Shown here: positions 48,330-60,333 of the stretch, piece by piece
How positions within the stretch are numbered: the first letter of the stretch is position 1
Layout: each line of letters opens with the position of its first letter
Origin: an uncultured bacterium
GTDB taxonomy: Bacteria; Krumholzibacteriota; Krumholzibacteriia; LZORAL124-64-63
DNA: 64,000 nt
Direction of reading: 5' to 3'
Assembly: GCA_963732385.1 (NCBI GenBank)
Contig: CAVSZB010000007.1
Location: forward strand, 1,216,001-1,280,000
Program-made: the position numbers and the translations under genes
The notes under the pieces: generated by a model
What the model was told of the DNA's origin: nothing
What the model saw: only the letters and a program-made list of their open reading frames with translations
The model's database searches: none

Positions 48330-51300
48330 TCCGCAGAATCATCGAATTTTCGGCGCACAACCGGGTGCTCGTGCTCATTGGCGTGGCCGCGCTGTGCGCC
48401 GTGGCGGTGCACACGCTCAAGACGATCCGGCTCGACGCCCTGCCCGACCTCTCGGACACGCAGGTCATCGTTTACTCCAGGTGGGACCGCTCGCCCGACA
48501 TCATCGAGGACCAGGTCACCTACCCGGTCGTCAGCGCGTTGCTGGGCGCTCCCCGGGTCAAGGCGATCCGCGGTTACTCGGACTTCGGTTTCTCGTACGT
48601 CTACGTCATCTTCCAGGACGGCACCGACATGTACTGGGCGCGCTCGCGCGTGCTCGAGTACCTGTCGAAGATCCAGTCGCGGCTTCCCGATGGGGTGCAG
48701 ACCGAACTGGGGCCCGACGCGACCGGCGTGGGCTGGGTGTTCCAATACGCCCTGGTGGACCGCTCCGGCGCGCATTCCCCGGACGAACTGCGTTCATATC
48801 AGGACTGGACGCTCCGGTACGCGATCCAGTCGGTTCCCGGCGTCGCCGAGGTCGCCTCGATCGGCGGCTTCGTGAAACAGTACCAGATCACCGTGGACCC
48901 GAACCGCCTGGCCACGTATGGCCTGCCGATCATGGCGGTCGCCGCCGCCATCCGTGCGTCCAACGACGAAGTGGGCGGGCGACTGATCGAATGGAGCGGG
49001 ACCGAGTACATGGTGCGGGCCCGCGGCTACGCCCGCAGCCTGTCCGACTTCGAGCAGGTCGTCCTCAAGGTGGGACCCGGCGGCGTGCCGGTCCTGCTGC
49101 GCGACGTCGCGCGGGTCGAATTCGGCCCGGAAATCCGCCGCGGCGTGTCCGACCTTGACGGGCTGGGCGATGCGGTCGGCGGCATCGTCGTCATGCGTCA
49201 CGGCGAGAACGCCCTCAACGTGATCAGGGCCGTCAAGACGCGGCTGGCGGAGCTGCGTCCGTCGCTGCCGGCGGGCGTGGAGATCGTCACCACCTACGAC
49301 CGCGCAACGCTCATCGAACGGGCTCTCGACACCCTCAGGCACGAGCTCACCGTGGAGATGATCATCGTCGCGCTGGTGATCCTCATCTTCCTGTGGCACA
49401 TCCCGTCGGCGGTCGTGCCGATCGTGACCATCCCGATGTCGGTGCTGCTGGCGTTCATCCCGATGAAAATGTTCGGCGTGACCGTCAACATCATGTCGCT
49501 GGCCGGCATCGCGATCTCGATCGGCGTGCTCGTGGACGGCGCCATCGTCGAGGTGGAGAACGCCTACAACAAGCTGCACCTGTGGGAGGCGGGGGGGCGC
49601 AAGGGCGACTATCACGCGGTGCGGCTCGAAGCGCTGAAGGAGGTCGGCCCGTCGGTCTTCTTCTCGCTGCTCGTGATCGGCGTCGCCTTCCTGCCCGTCT
49701 TCGCGCTGGTCGATCAGGAAGGGCGGCTCTTCAAGCCGCTCGCGTATTCCAAGAACCTGGCGATGTTGCTGGCCGCCCTGCTGGCGATCACGCTCGATCC
49801 CGCCATGCGCATGATGTTCACGCGGATGGACCCGTTCCTGTTCCGTCCCCGCTGGCTGGCGCGCCTGGCTACGCACGCGCTCGTGGGCACTTACCACTCG
49901 GAGGAGCGCCACCCGATCAGCCGCGTGATCTTCCGCGTGTACGACCCGGCGTGCCGGTTCGTGCTGCGCCACCCCTGGCGCGTGATCGGCGCGGCCCTGT
50001 TGATCGTGGCGGTCAGCCTGCCCGCGTTCTTCCACCTCGGCTCCGAGTTCATGCCGCCCCTGAACGAGGGCACGCTCCTCTACATGCCGACCACGCTGCC
50101 GGGCATCTCGGTCGCCGAGGCGCAGCGGCTGCTCGAGACCCAGGACCGCGTGCTCAAGGGCTTCCCCGAGGTCGAGCGGGTCTTCGGCAAGGCTGGCCGC
50201 GCCGACACCTCGACCGACCCGGCCCCCTTCTCGATGATGGAAACCACGGTCGTGCTCAGGCCGCACGACGAGTGGCGTCCGAAACAGCGCTGGTACTCCG
50301 CCTGGGCGCCGCGCTGGCTGCGCGGCGTGCTCAACCCTGTCTGGCCGGACCGGATCTCGTGGGACGAGCTCGTCGACGAGATGGACCGGGCGCTGCGCAT
50401 CCCGGGCGTGACGAACGCCTGGACCATGCCGATCAAGGCGCGCATCGACATGCTGACCACCGGCGTGCGCACGCCGGTCGGCATCAAGGTGTTCGGCTCC
50501 GACCTGAAGGAGATCGAGCGGATCGGGTCGAGCCTCGAGGGGATCATACGCAAGGTGCCGGGCACCCGCAGCGTGTACGCCGAGCGCGTGGCGGGCGGCT
50601 ACTTCGTGGATATCGACCCGCGCCGCGACCAGCTCGCCCGCTACGGCCTGACGATCGCCGACGTGCAGGCGGTCATCATGAGCGCGATCGGCGGCGAGAA
50701 CATCACCACCACGGTGGAAGGGCGCGCGCGCTACCCCGTGAACCTGCGCTACCCCCGCGAACTGCGCGGCGACGTCGATCAGCTGCGGCGGGTTCTGGTG
50801 GCGGCGCCGGGCGGGGCGCAGGTGCCGTTGGGGCAGGTGGCCGAGATCCGGCTCGTTCAGGGCCCGTCGATGCTGCGCGACGAGAACGGCTTTCTGGCCG
50901 GCTACGTCTACGTGGACATCGCCGGCCGCGACGTCGGCGGCTATGTGGAAGAGGCGAAGCGGGCCGTCGCGTCGCAGCTGACGCTGCCGGCCGGCTACGT
51001 CCTGCAGTGGAGCGGACAGTACGAGAACATGATCCGCGTCCGCGAGCGGCTCAAGGTCGTCGTGCCGATCACCCTGGTCCTGATCTTCGTGCTGCTGCTG
51101 GCGAACACGCGGTCGGCCTTCAAGGCCGCGGTCGTCATGCTGGCGGTGCCGTTCTCGGCGGTCGGAGCCATCTGGCTGTTCCATCTGCTGCATTACAACG
51201 TGTCGATCGCCGCCTGGGTGGGGATGATCGCCCTGCTCGGCCTCGACGCGGAGACCGGCGTCTTCATGCTGCTGTTCCTCGACCTCTCCTACGCGGAGGC

Positions 51301-51577
51301 GAAGCGGCAGGGCCGCCTGCGCTCGGTCGCGGAGCTGGACGAGGCCATCCTGCACGGCGCCGTCAAGCGCGTGCGGCCGAAACTGATGACGGTCGCCGCC
51401 GCGTTCATGGGCCTGCTGCCGATCATGTGGTCGACGTCGGCCGGCGCCGACGTGATGAAGCGCATCGCCGCGCCGATGATCGGCGGCCTGGCCACCTCGT
51501 TCCTGCTGGAGCTGCTCGTCTACCCGGCCGTGTACAAGCTGTGGAAGCGGCGCACCGAGTTGCGGGGAATCGCGTGA
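48326..51577 (+). CDS. cusA: Cu(I)/Ag(I) RND efflux permease
   Basis: LDALPDLSDTQVI, GPDATGVGWV, Met triad contexts (LLYMPTT, SMMET, RIDMLTT), RVRPKLMT. Confidence 0.94.
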   Translation: MIRRIIEFSAHNRVLVLIGVAALCAVAVHTLKTIRLDALPDLSDTQVIVYSRWDRSPDIIEDQVTYPVVSALLGAPRVKAIRGYSDFGFSYVYVIFQDGTDMYWARSRVLEYLSKIQSRLPDGVQTELGPDATGVGWVFQYALVDRSGAHSPDELRSYQDWTLRYAIQSVPGVAEVASIGGFVKQYQITVDPNRLATYGLPIMAVAAAIRASNDEVGGRLIEWSGTEYMVRARGYARSLSDFEQVVLKVGPGGVPVLLRDVARVEFGPEIRRGVSDLDGLGDAVGGIVVMRHGENALNVIRAVKTRLAELRPSLPAGVEIVTTYDRATLIERALDTLRHELTVEMIIVALVILIFLWHIPSAVVPIVTIPMSVLLAFIPMKMFGVTVNIMSLAGIAISIGVLVDGAIVEVENAYNKLHLWEAGGRKGDYHAVRLEALKEVGPSVFFSLLVIGVAFLPVFALVDQEGRLFKPLAYSKNLAMLLAALLAITLDPAMRMMFTRMDPFLFRPRWLARLATHALVGTYHSEERHPISRVIFRVYDPACRFVLRHPWRVIGAALLIVAVSLPAFFHLGSEFMPPLNEGTLLYMPTTLPGISVAEAQRLLETQDRVLKGFPEVERVFGKAGRADTSTDPAPFSMMETTVVLRPHDEWRPKQRWYSAWAPRWLRGVLNPVWPDRISWDELVDEMDRALRIPGVTNAWTMPIKARIDMLTTGVRTPVGIKVFGSDLKEIERIGSSLEGIIRKVPGTRSVYAERVAGGYFVDIDPRRDQLARYGLTIADVQAVIMSAIGGENITTTVEGRARYPVNLRYPRELRGDVDQLRRVLVAAPGGAQVPLGQVAEIRLVQGPSMLRDENGFLAGYVYVDIAGRDVGGYVEEAKRAVASQLTLPAGYVLQWSGQYENMIRVRERLKVVVPITLVLIFVLLLANTRSAFKAAVVMLAVPFSAVGAIWLFHLLHYNVSIAAWVGMIALLGLDAETGVFMLLFLDLSYAEAKRQGRLRSVAELDEAILHGAVKRVRPKLMTVAAAFMGLLPIMWSTSAGADVMKRIAAPMIGGLATSFLLELLVYPAVYKLWKRRTELRGIA

Positions 51578-51616
51578 CCGGGGGATTCCCAACGCGATCG
51601 TGCGGCACGCGGCGAT

Positions 51617-51646
51617 GGCAGTATTGAACACGGCTGTCAATATGCC
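51617..51646. terminator. Hairpin/dyad after cusA
   Basis: GGCA(G)TATTGA...TCAATATGCC inverted repeat. Confidence 0.35.
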
Positions 51647-51736
51647 CGGCCAGAATCCTGAAGCGGACAATCCGCGGCTGCGGGCGCGCCGACCCCCGCT
51701 TGCCGCCCGCCAACGCGGGTGTTAGGCTGCGCAGCC

Positions 51737-52321
51737 ATGCGCTATTCCACCGACATTGTGGTGATCGATCTCGAAGCCACCTGCCCCGCCGAGGACGAAG
51801 GCGACAACGCCGTCGAGCGGAGCAACATCATCGAGATCGGCGCCGTCCGGCTCGATCGGCGCAGTCTCGAGGTGACGGACCGGTTCAGCGAGCTGGTGCG
51901 TCCGCGCGACTACCCGGTCGCCCCGTTCATCGCCCGGATGACCGGCATCACCCCCGAAATGGTGGCCGACCGGGACGATTTCGGGGCGGTGGGCCGGCGC
52001 TTCATGGCCTGGTACGGACCGCGCAACCGGGCCGTCATCGCCGCCTTCGGCGCCTATTACGACATCCCCCTGCTGCGGCGGGAGTGCGCGGCGTGCGGTC
52101 TCGACTACGGCCTGCACATCGCCGGCGGCGCGCTCGATGTCCGGGCGGTGGCCACGATCTGGCTGGCCGAACGGGACGAGCGCACGAGCGGGCTGACCCT
52201 GGAGGCGATCCTCGACAAGATGGGCGTTCCCCGGGCGGCCCCGCTGCACCGCGCCGTGGACGACGCGCAGGCCGCGGCGGCCGTCCTGCAGGTCTTCCAC
52301 CTGGGGCGGGCGCTGGCCTGA
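51737..52321 (+). CDS. DEDDh 3'-5' exonuclease
   Basis: IDLEAT, IIEIGAV, TGIT, YD, HRAVDDA. Confidence 0.88.
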   Translation: MRYSTDIVVIDLEATCPAEDEGDNAVERSNIIEIGAVRLDRRSLEVTDRFSELVRPRDYPVAPFIARMTGITPEMVADRDDFGAVGRRFMAWYGPRNRAVIAAFGAYYDIPLLRRECAACGLDYGLHIAGGALDVRAVATIWLAERDERTSGLTLEAILDKMGVPRAAPLHRAVDDAQAAAAVLQVFHLGRALA

Positions 52322-52443
52322 TCCGGCCCGCGGCGTCCTTGCCCCGGCTGGCGCCGCCTGCCATCTTTGCGGATTCGGGACAGACGGTTTCGCCGCCCCG
52401 CGGCAGCGTCACATGACGGTATACGAGGCGAGAGGAGACGGCC

Positions 52444-54790
52444 GTGTCCGACGTCACAAGGTTGTTCGAGGCGCAGGCGAAGGACTTCCGACACTGGGAG
52501 ATCATCAAGGACGTCATCGACCAGCAGATCGACCTGATGCTCAACTACCGGCAGAGCGGTCACCCCGGCGGCAGCCGCTCCAAGGTGCACATGATGGTGT
52601 CACTGCTGCTGTCGGGAGCCATGCGCTGGGATATCCGCAACCCCGGCAAACGCTTCGGCGACCGTTTCATCCTCATCGCGGGCCACACGGCCCCGCTCGT
52701 CTACGGCACGCTCGCGGTCTTCAACGAGGCGCTGCGCACCATGCACCAGCGCACCGGCGATCCGAAGTACGTCGTCCCGGGCGGCCCGAAGCGGCAGCTC
52801 ACGTGGGAGGACCTGCTTACGCTGCGCAACAACGGCGGTCTTCCGGGCCATGTCGAGATGGAGGGCAAGGACCTCTTCGTGAAGTTCAACACCGGCCCGA
52901 GCGGCCACGGCGCTCCGGCGGCCGCGGGCGAGGCGCTGGCCCTCAAGCGGGCCGGCGCAACCGGCGTGAAGGTCTTCGGGATCGAGGGCGAGGGGGGCCA
53001 CACGGCCGGCTGCCATCACGAGACGAAAAACTCGGCCTACGGCCTCGGCCTCGACAACCTTTTCACTCTGCTCGACTGGAACGATTTCGGCATCGACAAC
53101 CAGCCGGTTTCGTCCGTGGTGCACGGCACCCCGCGCGACTGGTTCGCCCCCTACGGCTGGCACGTGCACGAAGCGCCGGACGGGAGCGAATGGAAGGATG
53201 TCACCTACGCCCTGCTCGACATGACGGCCGGCAACAACCCGCCGCTGCACCCCGGCATGATGTACGGACGCACGCGCAAGGGCCGCGGCTATCATGTCTA
53301 CGACAACAAGAGCCACGGCACGCCGCACAAGCTCAACAGCGAGCCGTTCTGGCTCTGCCGCAAGGACTTCAGCGACAAGTACGGCGTGGTCTGGGACGGC
53401 GCCGGCCAGCCGGCGCCGACCGACAAGGCGGCGCTGCGCAAACACGCCGAAGCCAACTTCAACGTGGCGCTCGACGTGCTGCGCAACGGCGACACCTGCG
53501 AGTATCTCGCCAACCGGCTCGTCGAGCTGGGCGAAAGCGTGCCGCGCGACGTGAAGACCTTCCTGATCCCCGAGGCGAAGAATCCGTTGCACGACCCGAA
53601 GCTGTGGGACTTCAAGGCCTATCCCGAAGGCATGTGGGCGAAGGCGGGCGCCAGCCAGCCGAATCGCGCCGCCCTGGCGCGCTGGGGCTCCTGGATCAAC
53701 GCCTACTGCCGGAAGAACTACGGCCGCCCGCTGTTCCTGGTCTGCTCGGCCGACCTGGCCGACTCGACGAACATCTCCGGCTTCGGCGCCGATTACGATG
53801 ACCTGCCGGGTTACGGCTGGTTCGATCGCGAGAAGAGCCCCCAGGGGGTGATCCTGCCGCAGGAGATCACCGAGTTCGCCAACAGCGGCATCTGCGCCGG
53901 CGCCGCCGCCACGAACCTCGCCGCGGATCCCGAGGCGGACTTCAACGGCTTCTACACCGCCTGCTCCACCTACGGATCCTTCTCCTACCTGAAGTACGGA
54001 ACGTTCCGGCTGCTCAGTCAGATGGCCCAGGACAGCAATTACAAGCTGGGCAAGGTGATCTGGGTGGCCGGCCACTCCGGTCCCGAAACGGCCGAAGACT
54101 GCCGCACCCACTTCGGCGTCTACTCGCCCGGCGTGACGCAGATGTTCCCCGACGGCCAGGTGATCGATATCCACCCGTGGGAATACAACGAAGTGCCGGT
54201 GCTGCTGGCCGCCGCGCTGCGCGACCGACAAGCCGATCGTGGCCCTGCACCTGACGCGCCCGCCGGTCAACATCCCCGACCGCGCGCAGCTCGGCCTCGG
54301 ACATTACTTCGAAGCCGCGAAGGGGGCCTACATCCTGCGCGATTACGCCCCCGGCAAGCCGAAGCACGGCTGCGTGATCGTCCAGGGCACCATGTCCACC
54401 TTCAACCTGATCCGCGCGCTGCCGGAGATCGACAAGGCGGGCGTGAACGTGAAGTTCGTCGCGGCGCCGAGTCCGCAGCTGTTCGCGCTGCAGCCCGAAA
54501 GCTACCGCAACCAGGTGCTCTCCGCGGGCGACCGCCTCAACAGCACCTACGTGACCAACCGCGCCCGTCGTCTGATGTACGACTGGAGCTTCAACCCGCT
54601 CGCCGCCGAGTACGCCCTCTCCAGCGACTTCGACAACCGCTGGCGCACCGGCGGTTCGCTCGACGAAATCATGACCGAGGCTCATCTCGATCCGGCCAGC
54701 ATCATCGCCGGCGTGGTCCGGTTCGCGAAGGACCACGACGCACGGATGAAGCGCCTGCGCGACATGCTCAAGGCGGCGGAAGGGGCCTAG
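52444..54790 (+). CDS. tkt: Transketolase, one +1 frameshift near 54220
   Basis: SGHPGGS, LPGH, NTGPSGHG, SADLADS, GHSGPETAED.RTH; continues in another frame as ATDKPIVALHLTRPP...to the stop at 54790. Confidence 0.85.
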
Positions 54791-54826
54791 GCCCTCGCGC
54801 CGGCCCGCGACAGCGTCGACCGACAG

Positions 54827-54854
54827 GAAGGACCCGCCGCAAGGCGGGTCCTTC
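54827..54854. terminator. Hairpin between convergent genes
   Basis: GAAGGACCCGCC-GCAA-GGCGGGTCCTTC, 12-bp stem with GNRA loop. Confidence 0.7.
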
Positions 54855-54887
54855 GCGTCAGGCGGCAGCAGATTGCGCGCCGCCCCG

Positions 54888-57406
54888 TCAACTTCCGGGG
54901 TCGAGCCTCAACGTCCAGACCGTCGGCTCCCGGCAGCAGCGGCGTCGCCTCTCCCCGTTCCCACGCCGTATGCCCGCGCCGGTAGTACGGTGAGAGCGGG
55001 TGTCCGCTCTGACCGGTCGGCATGTGGAACAACCCCGCCTCCTCGCGTCCGGGCGAGACCACCATCCGCTCCGAGGCGCCCATGTCGGGCGACTGCACGC
55101 GGGGCAGGTTGCTGTCGCCCGGCAGGCGCGTGCGCGGCATGTCGAGCCACCGGCCGAGTTGCGGCACCGCCAGGCTGAGCGGGTGGCGGATGGCGGCGGT
55201 GTTGCGCTCGCCCCAGGTCCGGTCGGCCAGCGGACGGCCGCCGCGCGTGAGCCGCGCCACGGTGGTGTCGACGGCGGCGAGCAGGGCCTCCTCCCAGGAG
55301 CGGAACGCCGGCGCGAGCAGGTGGGGCGGCCGCTGCGTGGCGAGCGCCCAGAGCGGGTCCTCGTACTGGCCGAGATTGTCGAACGTGAAGCCGGAGTCGG
55401 CGGCGGCGCAGGGGGCGGTCAGCCAGCCGTAGACGCTCTCGCGCACCTGCAGCCGGAATCCGCGCACCAGCCGGTAGCCGACCGACTCGATCGAGGCGCG
55501 GCCGCTCCAGCTCGTCTCCAGCAGCTCGCGGAACTCGGCGCGGCCGGGCACGCCGGCCAGAGCGTCCGGCGTGAGCAGGTCGAGCAGCAGATCGCGCCAG
55601 CGCTGCAGGAAAAGGGCCCGGTCGTCGAGCTGGATCCGCAGCATATCGCCCGGATCGGCGCGGTCGAGGACGCGCAGGTCGTCGCGGATCTGGCGGGCGC
55701 GAGCGCCGGTGATGTAGCCACCGTCGCCCAGCGCGGCGAGGCCGTCGCCGTCGACGGTGCGATTGTTGGCGCTCCAGAGCCGCCCCTCGGGCGGGTCGAC
55801 CACCCGCGGATACCGGTCCGCGGGCAGACACGCCGTCCCAGCGGCAGGCGCCGTCGGCCCAGGAGACCGGCACGCGGCCGTCGAACCCGACGCGGCGCGG
55901 CAGCCGGCCGATGACCGTCCAGGCGATGCGACCGTCAGCGTCGGCGCAGACCAGGTTCTGCGGCGGCATGCCGCAGCGGGGCGCCAGGGCCAGCGCCTCG
56001 TCCACCGTGCGCACCGACCCCATTTCGAGCAGGGCGAGATTCGCTCCGTCCGGATCGTGCGCCACCCAGCGCATGGCCAGCCGCCGGCCGAACCGGTCGC
56101 GCCCCGTGACCGGGCCCCACATCGTGTCGAGGATGGTCACCGTGTCGGCCGGCGCGCCTCGCACCGCGATGACCTCGCGCCGGCGGACCAACGGCCGCGG
56201 ACCGCCCGGGGCCAGATAGCGATTGCTGTCGGCGGGGTCGGGCTCGATCACGACCAGGTCGATCACGTCGGCCATCGCGTTCGTGAACCCCCACGCCACC
56301 CGTCCGTTGCTGCCGACGATCAGCCCCGGCACCCCCGGCAGCGTGACGCCGACCAGCCGTTGCGCCGTGGCGGCGTCCTCCCGCGGCCAGCTCAGCACCG
56401 CCCGGTACCAGATGTCCGGCACCCCCAGCCCCAGATGCATGTCGTTGGCCAGCAGCGCGCCCCCATCGCGCGCCCGGAAACCGGCCACCGCCCAGTTGTT
56501 GCTGCCGGGCGGCTCCTCGACCGCTGGACGGGGAGCGTGCCGCGTCCCGCGCAGCCCCGGCAACGCGCCCAGCCCCCCGCCCCCGTGGCGGGGATCGGCC
56601 GCCACGCTGTCCACCGAGGCACGGCGCAGGTCCACCACGTCGGGCCCGGGCACCGCCGGCGCCGCCAGCGGCCCCCCGACCAGCGGCGCGTCCCACTCGC
56701 CGCCGTCCGGCGTGAGGAACGCGGCCAACGCCGGCGGCAGCGTCGTCACCAGGGTGGCGCGCGCCGTCTCGTTCTCCTCGTTGAGCAGGTTGTACATCGC
56801 GTAGAGGACGAGGTAGGAATCCTCGGGCCGCCACGCCTGCGGCCGCTGCCGCAGCATCAGGTACTCGAAGGAGGGACGCCGCTGCGCCGCCAGCCCCGCG
56901 TTGACGCCGGAGGCGTAGGCCTCGAGCAGCTCCCGTTCGCCCGCGGAAGCCCGCGCCAGAGCCACGCGCGCCCGCCCCCGGAACGCCTGCCGTCGCGCCA
57001 GCCGGTCCCACCGCACCGCCGCCCCGCCGATGAGCGCCGCCAGCTCCCCCGCCGGCTGCCGCCGCGAAAGGTCCATCTGAAAGAACCGCTCCTGCGCATG
57101 CAGGAACCCCAGCGCGAAGGTGGCGTCACGAGCCGACGCCGCGCTGACGGTCGGCACGCCGAGCGCATCGCGCGTGACCCCCACCGACGCCGTCAGCCCG
57201 CGGACATCCACCACTCCCGACAACCGCGGCAGACTCGCCCGCAACAGCCCCCACGCCACCAGCCCCCCCACCAGCAACAACACGCACAGCCCCAGCAACG
57301 CGCGCAACAGCCACCGCGCCACCCGGCGCAGCCGCGCACGGCGACGCCCCGGCTCCGCCGGTCCACCAGAGGCTGGCAAAGGATCACGCTGCGCGCCCGC
57401 CGCCAT
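54888..57406 (-). CDS. Penicillin acylase (Ntn hydrolase) family protein, frameshifted near 55831 and 54928
   Basis: RDALGVP, GFLHAQERFFQMDLSRR, GSNNWAV, ANDMHL, WSANNR, GQSGHPLSPYY across frames. Confidence 0.85.
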
Positions 57407-57512
57407 GGCTCCCCTCCACCCGCGTCGGGCGGGCCGCGCGCAGTATAGCCGATCGCCTCCCCGGGCGAGACGCTCTGCGTGACGGGGGAGAGAGATGTGG
57501 ATTCCGCCGCTC

Positions 57513-60131
57513 CTATTTCGCGAGGGTGATCTTGCTCGCCCGCACCCCCTGCTCCGTGACCAGCCGAACGATGTAGGTTCCCGGAGGCACGCGGGCACCG
57601 TGAGCATCTCGGCCGTCCCATTCCACGACTGCTCGCCGGCCGGAAGGGACGCGTCGACCAGCGAACGTACAAGTCGACCTCGTTGGTCGTAGAGCCCGAG
57701 AGCCGCGTGCGTCGCCTGCGGCAGGCTGTACCGGATCGTCGTGCGCGGGTTGAACGGGTTGGGTGCGTTTGAGGTGATCGCCAACCGCTCGGGGAGCGTC
57801 GCGGCCGCAAGCTGCGCCGGACCGTACCAAGTCTCCTGTCCTTGGTCAGTGACCTGCAGCCAGTACGACAACTCTTCAGCGGGCGCGTCGACATCGGCAT
57901 AGTCGCCCGCAAGGGTCTCCCCGCCTTCCCACTGCGATACCAGTTCACGATCCGCCTCGGCTGTCTGTCGCCACAGCCGCATCTCCCCGCCGGCGACCGA
58001 TCCTTCCAGCGCCACTGCACTAAGGCGCTGGTCGATGTCCGCCTGGCCTCGAACGACCGCAACCAGACCGGCGTCATCAGTGACTCGACCCGCATGGCGA
58101 AGATGTCCTCGCCGCCGAGGCTGTCGTCGTAGCAACCCTCCGTCACCGGGAAGTCGGTCGACCAGGTGGACCCCACGAGCAACCGCCGCCCCGGTAGACG
58201 TCGCCGCGAGATGATCGTTCTGCTGGAAATCGTTCCCGCCGTAGACGCCGCTGCCCAAGAGTGCCTGCCCGGAGCCGTTCAGGTGCGCCAGGACGCGCGG
58301 CGTTGACGCCCGGCACCGCAAACTGGTCGGGCCCCAACGGGCCCGGAAAGGTCGGCCCCCACGTGCGACCGCACACCAGGATGCCGCCGCCCGGCGGCAA
58401 CGAAAGCCCTTCCAGTTCGTCGTCCTGGTGGGGCCACCCAGATACGTGCTCTGCAGCAAGCTCGAACCGTCCACGCTGAGCGTACTGATGAAGCCGTCCC
58501 CGGTGCCCCGCATGCTGGTCTGATATGCGCCGATCGTGACCGGGAACGTCCCCGAGCCCGTACCGCCGGCCACCACCACGCGACCGTCCCGGCCAATCTT
58601 CAAGTCGCGGATGCCGGCGCCTTCCAGGAATGTACTCCAGGACGAACTGCCTTCCGTCCGCCGTCAGCTTCGTCACGAACCCCGCCCCAAGACCGTCACA
58701 GTGCGTGTCATAGCTCCCCGGGGTGACCGGGAAGTCAAGCCCCGTGAATCCTCCTGCCACCGGCCTGCCCTGGTCGTCCAACCCGACAGCGCTGACATAA
58801 TCTTCGTCGGAGCTGCCCAGGTACGTGCACCAGTCCAGGGCTCGCCCCTGGTTGGATATCCGCGCAACAAAGCCATCAAAGTAACCGCCACGGTGTGTAG
58901 GCTGGAAGGTGCCGACCGTGGTCGGCAGATAGGGCGAGGAGACTATTCCTGCCAGTACGACGGCGCCCTCGCTGGCCGCGGCCACGGAGAGCGCCCAGCC
59001 GTCGTCCAACAGCGTGCACCACACGAAGCGCCCCGTCTGCGCCTCCAGCTCCGCGATGAACGAGGATCCTGATGCCGAAACCGTGCTGTCCTGCACGCCG
59101 GGCGTTGTCGGGAAATCTACGGAATACGTACGGCCGACGACCACAACATTGCCATTGGGAAGCATGGCGATGCCCCGACCTTCGTTGGTATTTTCCCCAC
59201 TGAGCACCGTGCTCCAGACGGGAAACCCGCTCTCTTCGTCCAGGGCCGTGACGATGACATTCGTGAACCCCAGCACAATCGCGGTGCCGGGAATCGTGGG
59301 GTAGTCCAGCGATTGCGTGTAGCCCGTCAGGAAGGTCAAGCCGACTCCATTGCTGACCACCGCATACGACTCATCCCATGACCAGCCACCCAGAAACGTG
59401 CTCCAGACCATCCGGTCCAGATCCTTCGTCGCTGGTTGTGGCGCCAGCGTTGCCACGGGGCCAGCAGGGACCGCTTCCTCCGCTGGCGAGATCCAACCCG
59501 TCAGTGCGCTCCCCAGGGCCGGGCTGACGATCAGCGTGCCGTGCGGGGTGGAAACCACCTCGTTGCCGTCGACCTGCGCAATGTCCGTCGCGCCGCGCCA
59601 TCGCACGGCGACGTGCCCCAAAACGTCCGCGCTGCCCCGCCATTCGTAGGCCAGCCTGCCGCCCTCAGGCCGCAGAACGAGATCGACGCCGGGCCACAGC
59701 CCCCGGTACACGACCTCTCCATAGCACGCCCGGGACTCAAGCCAGCGGCTGCGATCCCTGCCGGCGTAATGGTTCAGGAGGAGGGGCCGAGGGACCTGTC
59801 CCATGGGCTGGACCGCCGGGTCCGCGCCCACGAAATCCAGCAGCACGATGTGGCCCTCGATGGGCTGGGCCTCGGGCTTGGCGCCAGGGGCTGAGAGCCG
59901 GGAGCCCAGTAGGCCCGGGCCGTCTTGCCGTGCCGGGCGAGGCGGCGTCAGGCCGAGTGCGAAGGCGATGCCGCCCGGCAGTGCCGTCAGGCGCAGTTCG
60001 CCACACTCCGCGGTCAGGCGCACCTCGTCGATCTGCCCCCCGGCCACGGGCCGAAACCCCTCGGCAGCGACCGCGATGCCGGCGCCAAGAACAACCATGG
60101 CGACAAGAATAGCGATAATGGACCTGCGCAA
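57513..60131 (-). CDS. Secreted SBBP-repeat beta-propeller protein with FlgD Ig-like C-terminal domain, about 6 frameshifts
   Basis: Signal peptide; VYRGLWPGVD; repeated (W)STYLGG..D and T.S.DFPTTPG; NAPNPFNP...WDGRDAHG..VPPGTYIVRL split over several frames. Confidence 0.72.
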
Positions 60132-60279
60132 TTGGCCCTCCCCAACGACCGCACCCTCCGCGCGCCTCACCCCAATAGCAATTGCAGCCAAGTGACCATA
60201 GCATGGCGCTCCATACTCGCACTACTCCTGCCAGCCGGCCTTTCCCATTGTGCGTCACAATGTCCACGCCCAGTACAAC

Positions 60280-60311
60280 ACGCCGCCGCCGGGATGGCCC
60301 GGCGGCGGCGT
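60280..60311 (-). terminator. Hairpin downstream of the tricorn protease
   Basis: ACGCCGCCGCCGGG/CCCGGCGGCGGCGT 14-bp inverted repeat. Confidence 0.6.
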
Positions 60312-60333
60312 TGCAAACGGACTTCGCGGTATC

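Noticed and set aside
54220..54240. Programmed frameshift in transketolase
   Set aside because: No slippery sequence, and the neighbouring genes show the same indel pattern
54908..58603. 1231-aa ORF looking like an SBBP-FlgD-penicillin acylase fusion
   Set aside because: Artefact of frameshifts; the SBBP gene ends at 57513 and the acylase has its own start near 57406
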